DNA of 64,000 nucleotides from an uncultured delta proteobacterium (GTDB lineage Bacteria > Desulfobacterota > Desulfomonilia > UBA1062): NCBI GenBank assembly GCA_963785235.1, contig CAWAUM010000002.1:224001-288000 (forward strand). Direction: 5' to 3'. The notes beneath the pieces are model-generated. The model had not been told where the DNA came from. It was given only the letters and a program-made list of their open reading frames with translations, and made no database searches. Within the stretch, counting starts at the first letter, position 1, and every line of letters starts with the position of its first letter. Positions 14,370 through 25,566 of this stretch are shown piece by piece. The translations under genes and the position numbers were made by a program.

Positions 14370-14728
14370 AGATACTCAGCATACGTCAAGCCAGGGTGGG
14401 CGATCTCCTCAAGGAGACCATAGCCGTGCTCCTCTTAAGGAAGGTCAAGGATCCCAGGGTGGAAGGTATTACCATCACGGGTGTTGATGTGAGTATAGAT
14501 CTGAAAAATGCACGTATCTTTTTTTGTGTCTTTGACTCTTCGAGAAAAGATGGGGCGCTAGAAGGCCTCAAGAGCGCAACCGGATTTCTTCGGCGGGAGC
14601 TCAAGAAGGAACTGAGCTTGAGGGCCGTGCCTTCTCTGTTTTTTACCTATGATGAATCATTCGACTATGGCTCCAAGATAGATGGTATCCTTGAAAGCAT
14701 TGGGAAACATGACGACCAAGATAGCTGA
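14366..14728 (+). CDS. rbfA: Ribosome-binding factor A
   Basis: KDPRV, DLKNARIF, GFLRRE, PSLFFTYDES. Confidence 0.95.
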   Translation: MKILSIRQARVGDLLKETIAVLLLRKVKDPRVEGITITGVDVSIDLKNARIFFCVFDSSRKDGALEGLKSATGFLRRELKKELSLRAVPSLFFTYDESFDYGSKIDGILESIGKHDDQDS

Positions 14729-15629
14729 GATCATAAAGGCGCACCAGTCCTTTGAGGTCATCACACACAAGAGCCCGGATGAGGACGCTGTCGGGGCCTC
14801 CAGGGCCTTAGGCCTCGCCCTTGTTGCGCTCGGCAAATCGGTCTGCCTTGTTTATCCTACACCTGTACCTGATATTCTCGACTTCACCGATAAGCCTTTA
14901 GAGCAAGACCTCCTGGCAATCGAGATCACCTTTCTGGTGGATGTTTCGGATATGGCCATGCTTGCAAATACAAAACCACGGGGCAAGGTAGTGGTGATCG
15001 ATCACCACAGGACCACGAATAATATCGGCTATGCATCTTGGATAGATTCAGAAAAATCTTCAACATGCGAGATGATATATGATCTTCTGTTCATGATGAA
15101 TGTGACGATCACCCCTTTCATCGCCGCGAACCTCTATATGGGCATCTTCGCCGATACAGGGGGGTTCATGCATGCAAACACGAATGCGAGGGTATTCCAG
15201 ATTGCCCACGAGCTGGCCACTGCCGGCGCAGACCCGCACCGGATTGCCTATCAGATCAAAAAGAACAAGGCCCTTGCCTACTATAATATCCTGTGTGCGG
15301 TTATGAATCGCATGATTATTCGCGGCAGTATTTATGCCGGTTATGTGTCTTGTGAAGATATGAATAGATTCAACGCCAGGCAAGAGGATGCCTCCGGGAT
15401 CGTGGAAGAGATTGCCTCCATTGCAGGCTCGAAGCTCATTATTTTCCTGAAAGAGCAGTCCGAAGGAACGCTCAGTTGCTCCATCAGGAGCAAAATCCCG
15501 GATGCCGCACTGAAGACCGCCACTGCCTTCGGCGGAGGCGGTCATGGAATGGCGGCCGGATTCACCATAAAAGGAAGGCCGGATGTTCTCATCCATGAGA
15601 TCATCAAGGAAGGGCTCAAGTGGCTCTAG
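14709..15629 (+). CDS. nrnA: DHH-family phosphoesterase (NrnA-like)
   Basis: HKSPDEDAVG, IDHH, DTGGF, GGGGHGMAAG. Confidence 0.9.
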   Translation: MTTKIAEIIKAHQSFEVITHKSPDEDAVGASRALGLALVALGKSVCLVYPTPVPDILDFTDKPLEQDLLAIEITFLVDVSDMAMLANTKPRGKVVVIDHHRTTNNIGYASWIDSEKSSTCEMIYDLLFMMNVTITPFIAANLYMGIFADTGGFMHANTNARVFQIAHELATAGADPHRIAYQIKKNKALAYYNILCAVMNRMIIRGSIYAGYVSCEDMNRFNARQEDASGIVEEIASIAGSKLIIFLKEQSEGTLSCSIRSKIPDAALKTATAFGGGGHGMAAGFTIKGRPDVLIHEIIKEGLKWL

Positions 15630-16513
15630 ACGGCATCGTACTCATCGATAAACCCAAGGACATCACCTCGCGTAAGGCTGTTGATAAGGTGATGGGTATC
15701 TTAAAGGTGAAGAGGGCCGGTCACTTCGGCTCGCTGGATCCCTTTGCCACCGGCCTGCTTTGCATAGGCATAGGCCAGGGTACGAAGCTGCTGCCTTATA
15801 TGCAGACGAATGAAAAGGAATATATTGCACTCATCGGATTTGAGATGGCCACTGATACGGATGACATAACCGGCAAGATGACACGGAGATTCGAAAATGT
15901 TAAAATCGACGAGAACAAGCTGAAGACGTGGTTTGAGGAAAACATGGGGTGGATCAATCAGCTTCCCCCCGATTATTGCGCCCAGAAGTTGAACGGTCAA
16001 CCCCTGTATAAGCTCAAAAGGGCCAATAAGGAAGTTAATCCAAGACCCAAGCAGGTTCACCTTGAAGCCGCCGAGATCCTTGAGGTCGGCCCTGACTGGG
16101 CACGCGTCCGCATCGTATGTTCAAGGGGCACCTACATACGATCAATAGCCAGGGACCTTGGTGCATATCTCGGGTGCGGAGGCTACCTCAGGGAGCTCAG
16201 GAGGCTCCGCAGCGAGGGATTCAACCTTGAGCAGTCAAACTCATTGGACGGGCTTTCACAGCATGGGGAGCAGGCAGTCATATCGCTCTTGGACGCACTG
16301 ACCATCCCAAAGGCACGCGTTACAAAAATTGGAGAGCAAGGAGTAAGGGAAGGCCGGTCCATCCAGCTTTCCTGGGTTCTTGATGATGTGGCGGCGCCCC
16401 AGGACGAAAGCGTTGCGATCTTGAATATGCAGGGTAACCTCATCTGCATAGCGAGGGTGAACCGGGATGGAGGCATCTGGGGACATATCACCAGAGGCTT
16501 CAAGACTTATTAG
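15620..16513 (+). CDS. truB: tRNA pseudouridine(55) synthase
   Basis: IDKPKDITS, GHFGSLDPFATG, CSRGTYIRS. Confidence 0.95.
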   Translation: MALDGIVLIDKPKDITSRKAVDKVMGILKVKRAGHFGSLDPFATGLLCIGIGQGTKLLPYMQTNEKEYIALIGFEMATDTDDITGKMTRRFENVKIDENKLKTWFEENMGWINQLPPDYCAQKLNGQPLYKLKRANKEVNPRPKQVHLEAAEILEVGPDWARVRIVCSRGTYIRSIARDLGAYLGCGGYLRELRRLRSEGFNLEQSNSLDGLSQHGEQAVISLLDALTIPKARVTKIGEQGVREGRSIQLSWVLDDVAAPQDESVAILNMQGNLICIARVNRDGGIWGHITRGFKTY

Positions 16514-16632
16514 CTGTTTACAGCAGAAATTAAGGTGTGGTAAGCTCCTGGTCTCTTTTTGACAGGAAACGTGTTAAGCGTCTTAAGAAAGAGAAAAAAA
16601 TAGTATGCATATATACGCAGGAGGATTACGAA

Positions 16633-16902
16633 GTGGCGTTGCAAGCACAGGAAAAAAAACAGATCATCGATCAGTTCAAAAAACATGAGAATGATACCGG
16701 TTCCCCTGATGTCCAAGTGGCGATACTCACCAAGAGGATCAACGAGCTGACAGAGCATTTTAAGGTTCACAAAAAGGATCATCATTCCCGCCGTGGACTT
16801 CTCATGCTCGTTGGGCAGAGGCGAAGGCTTTTAAACTACTTGCGTGATCATGACGTCAAACGCTACCGCGAACTTGTTCAGACACTGAACCTGCGGAAAT
16901 AA
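16633..16902 (+). CDS. rpsO: 30S ribosomal protein S15
   Basis: [25 protein letters not shown]; GTG start after GAGGA. Confidence 0.97.
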   Translation: MALQAQEKKQIIDQFKKHENDTGSPDVQVAILTKRINELTEHFKVHKKDHHSRRGLLMLVGQRRRLLNYLRDHDVKRYRELVQTLNLRK

Positions 16903-16926
16903 TGATATGAGGAAGTCAGAGGTAAT

Positions 16927-19014
16927 ATGAAAATACAAGCAAAAGGAACAACGGTTCCTCTTATTTTTGAGGTTGGGACAGTAGCCCGCCAGGCAGATGG
17001 CGCAGTCCTTATGCACCAGGGTGACAGTGTGGTTCTCGTAACAGCTACTTCTGCAAAAGAAGAACGAAAAGGCATAGATTTTCTTCCGCTCACGGTCGAA
17101 TATCAGGAGATGAGCTACGCCGCCGGCAGGATTAAAGGCGGCTTTATCAAGCGGGACGGCAGGCCTGGAACCCAGGAGATATTGACGGCGCGGTGCATTG
17201 ACAGACCTATCCGCCCACTATTCCCCTCCACCTTTCATAACGAGATACAGATCATTGCCATGGTCCTTTCCGCTGACCCGGCATGTACTCCTGATGTGAT
17301 GGCGATTAATGGAGCTTCCGCAGCGTTGCACATATCAAGCATACCCTTTTTAGAGCCTGTGGGAGGAGCCCGAGTTGGCCTGATCAACGGCGAATTCATC
17401 ATTGACCCCTCTGTTGCGCAGCTGGAAACCAGCACTTTGGATCTTCTGGTTGTCGGCACAAGGAACGCCATCGTCATGGTGGAGGGTGAGGCCGGCGAAC
17501 TTTCTGAAAGTACGATCATTGATGCGATCTCCTTTGCCCACAAGAGAATCATTGAGGTCGTGGAGGCAATCGAAGAGCTCCGCAGTGCCGTAGGCAAGGA
17601 AAAGATGAAGATTGTATCCCCGCAGGAGGACCTGGCCCTCTTTGATGAGATCATGAAGATGGCGGCCCCCCGATTCGAACAGATTTTTGCTGGGATTAAC
17701 TCAAAACAGGGCCGTCAGGCACTGATAGAACAGGTGAAAGAGGACATATTAACGAGCTTTGCCGATGACACAGAAGAGCGGCAGGCCTATGTCAAGGCAG
17801 CCTTTTCCGAGGTGGAGAAAAAGACCATCCGTGCCTTGATGAAGGCAAAGCGCACACGTATCGACGGCAGGGGGTTCGATGACATCCGCACCATCGACTG
17901 TCAAGTAGGAATCCTTCCTCGCACACACGGCTCTGCACTTTTCACCCGCGGAGAAACCCAGGCTCTGGCTACAACGACACTGGGCACACCAAGGGACGAG
18001 CAGAGAGTGGAGACACTGCTGGGAGAGACCACAAAATCCTTTATGCTCCACTACTCCTTCCCGCCGTTTTCCGTTGGTGAGGTGAAAATGCTCAGGGGAC
18101 CCAGCAGACGGGAGATCGGCCATGGCAACCTGGCCGAGAGGGCCTTGAGCAAGATCCTTCCTGATGTAGCGTCCTTCCCCTATACCATACGGCTCGTATC
18201 AGAGATCCTCGAATCCAATGGGTCGTCCTCAATGGCAACGGTCTGTGGTGGCTCCATGTCGCTGATGGATGCCGGTGTACCGGTGAAAAAGCCTGTTGCC
18301 GGAATTGCCATGGGGCTTCTGAAAGAGGGTGACGATTATATGGTCCTCTCAGATATCTTGGGCGATGAAGATCACATCGGCGATATGGACTTCAAGGTCG
18401 CCGGAACCACCGATGGCGTCACTGCCTTGCAGATGGACATTAAGATATCAGGCCTCCCTGAGACGGTGTTGCGGGATGCCTTGGAAAAGGCGCGCATCGG
18501 AAGACTCTCTATCCTGGAGAAAATGGCCAAAGCCATAAACGAACCAAAGGCGCTCATATCCCCGTATGCTCCAAGGATCTATACATTGCAGATCAATCCG
18601 GATAAGATCCGCGATGTCATCGGCCCAGGCGGTAAGGTAATCAAGGACATTACGGCCAAAACCGACACCAAGATCGAGATCGATGATTCCGGCAGGATTG
18701 ATATCTTCTCTGCGGATGAAGAACACGCAAAGATGGCCGTGGACATGATCCAGACACTCACCAAGGAGATGGAGATCGGCCGTGTATATAGCGGAAAGGT
18801 TGCCAAGATAATGGATTTCGGGGCATTTGTCGACTTCCCCTCCGGAGAGTCCGGACTTGTCCATATCTCTCAACTCGCCAATGAACGGGTGAATAATGTA
18901 CGTGATGTAGTCAAGGAGGGAGATGACATTCTTGTTAAGGTCATCGGTATTGACTCAAAAACAGGGAAAATCCGCCTTTCACGCAAGGAAGCCCTGAGCG
19001 AAATCAGCAGCTGA
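16927..19014 (+). CDS. pnp: Polynucleotide phosphorylase
   Basis: DFLPLTVEY, HGSALFTRGETQ, ESNGSSSMA, GDMDFKVAGT; KH and S1 domains. Confidence 0.98.
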   Translation: MKIQAKGTTVPLIFEVGTVARQADGAVLMHQGDSVVLVTATSAKEERKGIDFLPLTVEYQEMSYAAGRIKGGFIKRDGRPGTQEILTARCIDRPIRPLFPSTFHNEIQIIAMVLSADPACTPDVMAINGASAALHISSIPFLEPVGGARVGLINGEFIIDPSVAQLETSTLDLLVVGTRNAIVMVEGEAGELSESTIIDAISFAHKRIIEVVEAIEELRSAVGKEKMKIVSPQEDLALFDEIMKMAAPRFEQIFAGINSKQGRQALIEQVKEDILTSFADDTEERQAYVKAAFSEVEKKTIRALMKAKRTRIDGRGFDDIRTIDCQVGILPRTHGSALFTRGETQALATTTLGTPRDEQRVETLLGETTKSFMLHYSFPPFSVGEVKMLRGPSRREIGHGNLAERALSKILPDVASFPYTIRLVSEILESNGSSSMATVCGGSMSLMDAGVPVKKPVAGIAMGLLKEGDDYMVLSDILGDEDHIGDMDFKVAGTTDGVTALQMDIKISGLPETVLRDALEKARIGRLSILEKMAKAINEPKALISPYAPRIYTLQINPDKIRDVIGPGGKVIKDITAKTDTKIEIDDSGRIDIFSADEEHAKMAVDMIQTLTKEMEIGRVYSGKVAKIMDFGAFVDFPSGESGLVHISQLANERVNNVRDVVKEGDDILVKVIGIDSKTGKIRLSRKEALSEISS

Positions 19015-19020
19015 CATAGG

Positions 19021-20278
19021 ATGATCACGTCCACACTCCTTCCCAACGGGGTCAGGATTCTGACCGAGCATATGCCGGGCATACGATCGGTTTCCTTGGG
19101 GGTATGGGTAAATGCCGGCTCCCGCAACGATCCTCCAAAGGATCGAGGTATAGCGCATTTCACAGAGCATATGCTGTTTAAAGGGACGCCTCGTCGGACT
19201 GCCCAGCAGATTGCCAAGGAGATTGATGCGCTGGGCGGTCATCTGAACGCCCAGACCTCGAAAGAATATACCATCTACTATACAAAGGTGCTGGACGAGC
19301 ATCTCTTCAAGGCTGCCGACATTGTCTTTGATCTCTTTCTCAATGCAGAGATCAACCCCGATGAACTGGAAAAGGAAAAAAAGGTCGTTCTCCAGGAAAT
19401 CAGGATGACCGAAGATACCCCGGACGATTACATAACCGATCTCTTTGCCGAAGCCTTTTTCCGCAATACAACACTGGGGATCTCGACCCTTGGGACAGTT
19501 GAGCACGTCGGGTCTTTCGGCAGACAGAGCATCATCGATTTTATAAACACCTCATACTCCCCTGATTCCATCATTGTAGCCGGGGCGGGAAACCTGGACC
19601 ACCAGGAATTGGTGGATTTCACCACGCCGCTATTCCAAGGGATGAAACCAAGGCAAGGCCGTTACGATGAACAGATTCCTTCATCGCTGAGTGGTGTGAA
19701 AAAGGTGTATTACAAGGACATCGAGCAGGTCCATTTCACCTTAGGGACCACCGGGTCTGCAATGAATGATGAACGTCGGTGGGCCTATATCGTCCTCAAC
19801 ACCATGCTCGGGGGAAGCATGAGCTCCATGCTCTTTCAGGAGGCCAGGGAAGAACTGGGCCTCGTATATTCCATCTATTCATTTCTCAATGCCTACCGTG
19901 ACAGCGGTGCCTTGGCGATCTATGCCGCGTGTACTCCCGAGAACGTGAACAAGACACTGGAAGTGATCAGCATACAGATGAAAAGGCTGAAGGCCGGCGA
20001 CCTCAAGGACATAAAGATTGAGGATATCAAGGCCCAGATCAAGGGCAATTTGCTCCTGTCCAGAGAGAGCTCGGTGAACAGGATGTCGTCCATGGCAAAG
20101 AACGAGACTATACTATGGACGGGAAGTAACCGTTGAAGAGGTTGTGGAAAAGCTTCAGGCGGTATGTCTCGATGAGATCGTTTCTTTGGCCAATGATATA
20201 TTTGTTGAGGACAAGATCACGTTTGTATCTTTGGGCAGAATCGAACAGGGCGAAATTCAGTGGATCCCTGTTTCGTAA
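19021..20278 (+). CDS. M16 family (pitrilysin-like) peptidase; apparent indel near 20107
   Basis: HFTEH zinc motif; the C-terminus (LYYGREVTVEEV...TFVSLG) continues in another frame to TAA at 20278. Confidence 0.9.
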
Positions 20279-20295
20279 GAAGTATTACACCTGGA

Positions 20296-20652
20296 TTACA
20301 CGGGTGCAGTTCTGGCTGAAGGATGCATCAAACCCCTGCTCGTTGCCGCAAGGACCTTACGCCAAACCGGGAGATCCTTCGGGGTTATAGCAATACCGAT
20401 GCGGTAGGTCGATTCTTCAATGGTGTACCAGGCCAGAGATCCTTCCACGAGCATATTGTTAACGCTGATGGTGATTGATTTATTAAGCATGTCCATAAGA
20501 CTCTGCTGAATGCGGCATGTGGGGATGGTGCAGGTCATGTCGGCGCGCGAGACCTCATCTATGGAGCATTGTACATATACTTCTCCGATCTTACAGCCGG
20601 CAGTCATGGATTCAATTTGATAACCTTTTGTATGCCATCCGAAGAGATTCAT
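20296..20652 (-). CDS. Hypothetical protein, PilZ-like beta-barrel
   Basis: 118 aa with RBS; IDEVS...VEGSLAWY...YRIGIAI pattern. Confidence 0.55.
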   Translation of the reverse strand: MNLFGWHTKGYQIESMTAGCKIGEVYVQCSIDEVSRADMTCTIPTCRIQQSLMDMLNKSITISVNNMLVEGSLAWYTIEESTYRIGIAITPKDLPVWRKVLAATSRGLMHPSARTAPV

Positions 20653-20711
20653 CTTAATCCTTGCCTCTTTTGTATATTCTTATATATCCTTCGGCAGGAA
20701 GTGTTCCTACC

Positions 20712-21446
20712 ATGAGAAATATCAAATGTGTAATCGCATATGATGGTGCGGCATTTATGGGTTGGCAAAGCCAGGAACGGGGCAGGACCGTTCAGGAGAC
20801 CATAGAAGGCGGCCTCCAGGTGGTCCTGGGCCATCAGGTACGGGTAATAGCCTCGGGCCGTACCGATTCTGGCGTCCATGCCTTTGCCCAGGTGATCAAC
20901 TTCCCGACTGAATCCACAATCCCCATAGATGGTCTCATCCGGGGCCTCAACACTATCCTCCCCGGAGATGTTGCATTCCTTTCCGCAGAGGATGCGCCTC
21001 TGGAGTTTAACGCCAGGCAGATGGCCAAGACCAAGACGTATGTCTATGTCATGGAGATCTCGCCCATCAGGAACCCTTTCCTGGCGCGGTACGCCTTGCA
21101 CGAGAAGGGACCGCTCGATTGTTGTTCCATGCAGGAAGCAGCCAGCTATCTTCTCGGAGAACATGATTTTACATCCTTCCAGGGGGCAGGATCTCCTGTA
21201 AGGACAACTATTCGCTGCATCACCACATCTGAAGTGTTACAAAAGGGAAACAAGGTGTTCTTCCGCATGCAAGGTAGCGGATTTTTACGCCATATGGTAA
21301 GAAACATTGTCGGTACATTACTTCAGGTGGGCAAGGGAAAGCGTGCTCCAACAGACATGCAGCGGATCATGGAGCTGAAGGATAGGAGTTTTGCCGGGCC
21401 TACAGCACCGCCCCAGGGCCTCTACCTTGTGGGTGTTGAATACTAA
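20712..21446 (+). CDS. truA: tRNA pseudouridine(38-40) synthase
   Basis: AYDGAAFMGWQ, SGRTDSGVHA, GFLRHMVRNIVG, TAPPQGLYL. Confidence 0.97.
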   Translation: MRNIKCVIAYDGAAFMGWQSQERGRTVQETIEGGLQVVLGHQVRVIASGRTDSGVHAFAQVINFPTESTIPIDGLIRGLNTILPGDVAFLSAEDAPLEFNARQMAKTKTYVYVMEISPIRNPFLARYALHEKGPLDCCSMQEAASYLLGEHDFTSFQGAGSPVRTTIRCITTSEVLQKGNKVFFRMQGSGFLRHMVRNIVGTLLQVGKGKRAPTDMQRIMELKDRSFAGPTAPPQGLYLVGVEY

Positions 21447-21460
21447 AAGGGAGTGACAGA

Positions 21461-22480
21461 ATGATGAAGGTCCTCATAACGGGCGGCTGCGGTTTCATTG
21501 GGACAAACCTTATCAGGTATATCTTGAATAACAGGCCTGACTGGCAGGTTACGAACCTTGACCTGTTGACCTATGCGGGTAACCTGGAAAATACGCATGG
21601 CCTCACAAAGGACTTTCCATCAAGATATTCCTTTGTGAGGGGGGACATTGCGGAAACAGGTTTTGTGGAGGAGCTCTTTGCCCAGAACAGATTCGACCTG
21701 GTGCTGAATCTTGCTGCCGAGAGCCATGTGGACAGGAGCATCGAAGGGGCCGGGGTATTCGTTAGGACCAATGTGGTGGGGGTGCAGGTTTTACTCGATG
21801 CCTCCCTTAAGCACAAGGTGAAGCGATTTTTACAGGTATCAACCGATGAGGTCTATGGGAGCCTAGGCAACCAGGGGAGCTTCCATGAAGATCTTCCCAT
21901 GGCGCCCAACAGCCCCTATTCGGCATCTAAGGCAGCCGCAGACCTCCTGGTGAGGGCTTACATCAAGACCCATGGTATGGATGCGGTAATCACCCGGTGC
22001 TCCAACAACTATGGGCCCTACCAATTCCCTGAAAAGCTCATTCCTCTGATGGTAGTAAATGCGCTGAATAATAAAGAACTGCCCGTCTATGGAGATGGCA
22101 AGAATGTAAGGGATTGGATCTATGTGGAGGATCACTGCAAGGGTATCGTCACTGTAGCGGAAAAAGGGATAACCGGAGAGGCCTATAATCTCGGCGGAGG
22201 CGCGGAGAAGGAAAATATTGAGATCGTGGGCACGATCTTAAAGCATCTCGGCAAGCCCCAGTCGCTTATCCGGTTTGTGAAAGACAGGCCAGGTCATGAC
22301 TTCAGGTATTCCATGGACTATTCAAAAATAACCCGTGAACTTGGTTGGAAACCTTCCATGGATTTCGTCGACGGTATTTCGTCCACCATTGAGTGGTATC
22401 TTGCCAACAGGCCATGGTGGGAACGGATCATCTCCGGAGATTACCAGGGGTATTACGAAAGGATGTACGACAACCGATGA
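21461..22480 (+). CDS. rfbB: dTDP-glucose 4,6-dehydratase
   Basis: TGGCGFIG, AAESHVDRSI, STDEVYG, YSASKA, DRPGHD. Confidence 0.97.
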   Translation: MMKVLITGGCGFIGTNLIRYILNNRPDWQVTNLDLLTYAGNLENTHGLTKDFPSRYSFVRGDIAETGFVEELFAQNRFDLVLNLAAESHVDRSIEGAGVFVRTNVVGVQVLLDASLKHKVKRFLQVSTDEVYGSLGNQGSFHEDLPMAPNSPYSASKAAADLLVRAYIKTHGMDAVITRCSNNYGPYQFPEKLIPLMVVNALNNKELPVYGDGKNVRDWIYVEDHCKGIVTVAEKGITGEAYNLGGGAEKENIEIVGTILKHLGKPQSLIRFVKDRPGHDFRYSMDYSKITRELGWKPSMDFVDGISSTIEWYLANRPWWERIISGDYQGYYERMYDNR

Positions 22481-23352
22481 GGGTGCTTGTAACCGGGGCC
22501 AGAGGCATGTTGGGGCACGAGGTCGTAAAGACCTTGGAGATGGGAGGCCATGAGGTCTGGGGCACCGATATTTCTTCAAAGGATGACAGGCTCGACATCA
22601 CAAAGCAGAATCAGCTCAGGTATGCACTTGCTTCATTCAGGCCGTCATGGGTTGTCAACTGCGCAGCATACACCAATGTTGATATGGCCGAAGAGCACGA
22701 GGATCAGGCCCTTCTCCTCAATGCAAAAGGCCCTGACTTTCTGGCGCAGTCCTGCAGAAAACGCGGCGTTAGACTTCTCCATATCAGCACCGATTATGTT
22801 TTCGATGGGACAAAGGGTAAGCCGTATATCGAAGAGGACACCACGAATCCGATAAATGTCTATGGTGTAAGCAAGCTTGCAGGAGAAAACGCCATCAGGC
22901 ATCAGATGGAGGACTATGTAATCATCCGGACACAGTGGCTCATTGGCCACAGTGGGAGAAACTTCGTTTCAACGATTCTCTCTGCCGCCCAGATCAATGA
23001 GAGTCTGCGTGTCGTGAATGACCAGTGGGGTTCTCCTACCTTTGCACCTGATCTGGCAAAGGCTATTATGCAGCTCATGGAGGCGGATGCGCGCGGGATA
23101 TATCATGTGTGCAACCGGGGCAAGGCAACCTGGTTCGATCTTGCAAAGAAGGCCATCGAGATTGTCGGACTGGGGACTCAGGTGATACCGATAAGCACGG
23201 AAGAATATCCACTACCCGCAAAGAGGCCTCCGTATTCAATCCTTTCAACAAAGAAGTTTACAACAAAAACCGGCAAGCTCATGCCCATCTGGCAGTCATC
23301 CTTGGAGAACTATGTCCATGATTTTCTGCAGCACGTGAAAGGCACGGCATAA
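22477..23352 (+). CDS. rfbD: dTDP-4-dehydrorhamnose reductase
   Basis: VTGARGMLG, NCAAYTNVD, STDYVFDG, YGVSKLAGE, DQWGSPT. Confidence 0.96.
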   Translation: MRVLVTGARGMLGHEVVKTLEMGGHEVWGTDISSKDDRLDITKQNQLRYALASFRPSWVVNCAAYTNVDMAEEHEDQALLLNAKGPDFLAQSCRKRGVRLLHISTDYVFDGTKGKPYIEEDTTNPINVYGVSKLAGENAIRHQMEDYVIIRTQWLIGHSGRNFVSTILSAAQINESLRVVNDQWGSPTFAPDLAKAIMQLMEADARGIYHVCNRGKATWFDLAKKAIEIVGLGTQVIPISTEEYPLPAKRPPYSILSTKKFTTKTGKLMPIWQSSLENYVHDFLQHVKGTA

Positions 23353-23463
23353 AGGGTTGATGAGAATCGTCTTTAGGAAAAAATACATTTCTGTTAAACA
23401 GTGCAATGAATACGGAGAAACACACTAAAGAGGGCGGCAGGGTTTTAGCTAAGGAGGCGGCAA

Positions 23464-24087
23464 TTGAGTAAAGATAAGAACAAGAGCGTTGCAAGAGATT
23501 GGGCAGAGGCCCTTGTAGTTGCATTTGTCATCGCCATGATCATCAGGGCCTTCATTCTCCAGGCCTATAGAATCCCGTCTTCATCCATGGAGGATACCCT
23601 GCTGAAAGGCGATCATATCCTTGCAACGAAGTTTACCTATGGCCTTACCATGCCGTTTACCACCAAGAAGATCTGGGGGGCGGACAAGATGCCAGCCAGA
23701 GGAGACATTATAATCTTCACCTTTCCGGTAAATCATGAAATGGATTTTGTAAAAAGGGTGATCGGCCTGCCTGGGGATGTGATCGAGGTCAGGGATAAGA
23801 AGGTCTTCGTCAATGGGAAGCGCCATGAGATCCCCCAAGAAAAATATACAGACCCCTTTACCTTGAACCAGGGGCCCGGCAAGGTCCGCGATTTCTTCGG
23901 ACCGGTCACGGTAAGCCCCGGGCATATCTTTGCCATGGGAGACAACAGGGACCAGAGCTATGACAGCCGCTTCTGGGGGCAGGTCCCTATTGAGAATATT
24001 AAAGGCAAGGCATTCATCATCTACTTTTCCTGGACAAGCGAAAAACCGTGGATACGCTACTGGCGTATCGGTCATCTCGTGCGCTAG
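23464..24087 (+). CDS. lepB: Signal peptidase I
   Basis: IPSSSMEDTL, FVKRVIGLPGD, MGDNRDQSYDSRFWG. Confidence 0.96.
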   Translation: MSKDKNKSVARDWAEALVVAFVIAMIIRAFILQAYRIPSSSMEDTLLKGDHILATKFTYGLTMPFTTKKIWGADKMPARGDIIIFTFPVNHEMDFVKRVIGLPGDVIEVRDKKVFVNGKRHEIPQEKYTDPFTLNQGPGKVRDFFGPVTVSPGHIFAMGDNRDQSYDSRFWGQVPIENIKGKAFIIYFSWTSEKPWIRYWRIGHLVR

Positions 24088-24096
24088 GGGACGGGT

Positions 24097-24636
24097 ATGG
24101 CTGATATACCAAGAACTCCCCAAGAGATTCAATCAATCCTTATAAGACTCGCCCATGAGATCATGGCCTCAATCAGTGCCTGGGACAAGGTGGCCTTCAT
24201 CGGCGTGCGCAGCGGTGGCGAGTTGATGGCAAGAGGCCTCGTGAAGATCCTTGAGGAAAAGACAGGGAAACAACCGCCTCTTGGGGTCCTTGACATTGCC
24301 TTATATCGGGATGATCTCACCAGGAGAAAATCCTATCCTGTGGTAAGGAGTACGGATATCCCCTTCGGGGTTGATGACAAGGAAATCATCCTTGTAGATG
24401 ATGTCCTGTATACCGGCCGATCTGTCCGGGCCGCCATAGATCACATCGTGGACCTGGGACGCCCCAGGAGGATCTACCTGCTGGTGCTGTTCGACCGGGA
24501 TGGCAGGGAACTTCCCATCCAGGCGGATTTCGTAGGGCTGAAGATAAACCTGCCTGATGAGCATATCATCAAGCTTGAGGCCTCTGCTGACAAGGAGGCC
24601 ATCGCAGGAGTAGTCATCAGCGAGGTGAAACGATGA
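24097..24636 (+). CDS. pyrR: PyrR regulator/uracil phosphoribosyltransferase
   Basis: LDIALYRDDL, LVDDVLYTGRSVRAA, RELPIQADFVG. Confidence 0.96.
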   Translation: MADIPRTPQEIQSILIRLAHEIMASISAWDKVAFIGVRSGGELMARGLVKILEEKTGKQPPLGVLDIALYRDDLTRRKSYPVVRSTDIPFGVDDKEIILVDDVLYTGRSVRAAIDHIVDLGRPRRIYLLVLFDRDGRELPIQADFVGLKINLPDEHIIKLEASADKEAIAGVVISEVKR

Positions 24637-25566
24637 ACTGGCCTCATAAAGACCTCATCGCCATTGCAGACCTGAGCCGCGAAGAGATCTATACCATCCT
24701 CGATATGAGCAAGTCTTTCAAGGAGATCAGCAAGAGGGACATCAAGAAGGTCCCGGCGCTAAGAGGCAAGACCGTGGTGCTGCTCTTCTATGAGGCGTCC
24801 ACCAGGACACGCCTGTCCTTCGAACTTGCTGCAAAGCGCCTGAGTGCCGATACCATGGCGCTGTCCGCATCCGGGTCCTCCTTTGCAAAAGGCGAGACCA
24901 TCATGGATGCCGCACAGAATGTCATGGCCATGTCCCCCGATTGCATCGTAATACGATACCCGTATGCCGGGCTTCCCAAGAAGCTGGCCCGGGAACTTCC
25001 CTGTTCCATCATCAATGCAGGAGACGGAGCCCATGAGCACCCTTCCCAGGCCCTGCTGGACATGTATTCCATGAAGGAGCACTTCGGTAAGCTTGAGGGT
25101 TTGCATGTGGCTATAGTGGGAGATATCCTGCATTCGCGGGTGGCCCGGTCGAATGTCTATGGATTAAAAAAGGTAGGGGCGCAGGTCACCTTGGTGGCAC
25201 CTAAAGACGCTCCTTCCTGTGGGCATAGAGACATGGGGGGTGAATGTCTCAACCTCCTTTGACCCCGTTGTGGGCGAAGCGGATGTCATCATGATGCTCA
25301 GGGTGCAAAAAGAACGGATGCACGAACAATACTTCTCAGGTGAGCGGGAATATGCCTATTTTTATGGTCTTAACAGGGCCAGGGTTGACAAGATGAAACA
25401 AGGTGCGGTCATCATGCATCCGGGGCCCATGAACAGGGGCGTGGAGATCACCCATGACGCCGCTGACGGGGCACGCTCCATTATCCTTAATCAGGTGGAA
25501 AACGGTGTGGCCGTGAGGATGACGCTGCTGTACCTGTCGCTGGGAGGGAATGTCAATGTGGATTAA
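24633..25566 (+). CDS. pyrB: Aspartate carbamoyltransferase; apparent indel near 25205
   Basis: STRTRLSFE, HPSQALLD and GDILHSRVARSN in ORF 24633; LRVQKER and MHPGPMNRGVEI in ORF 25219. Confidence 0.95.
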
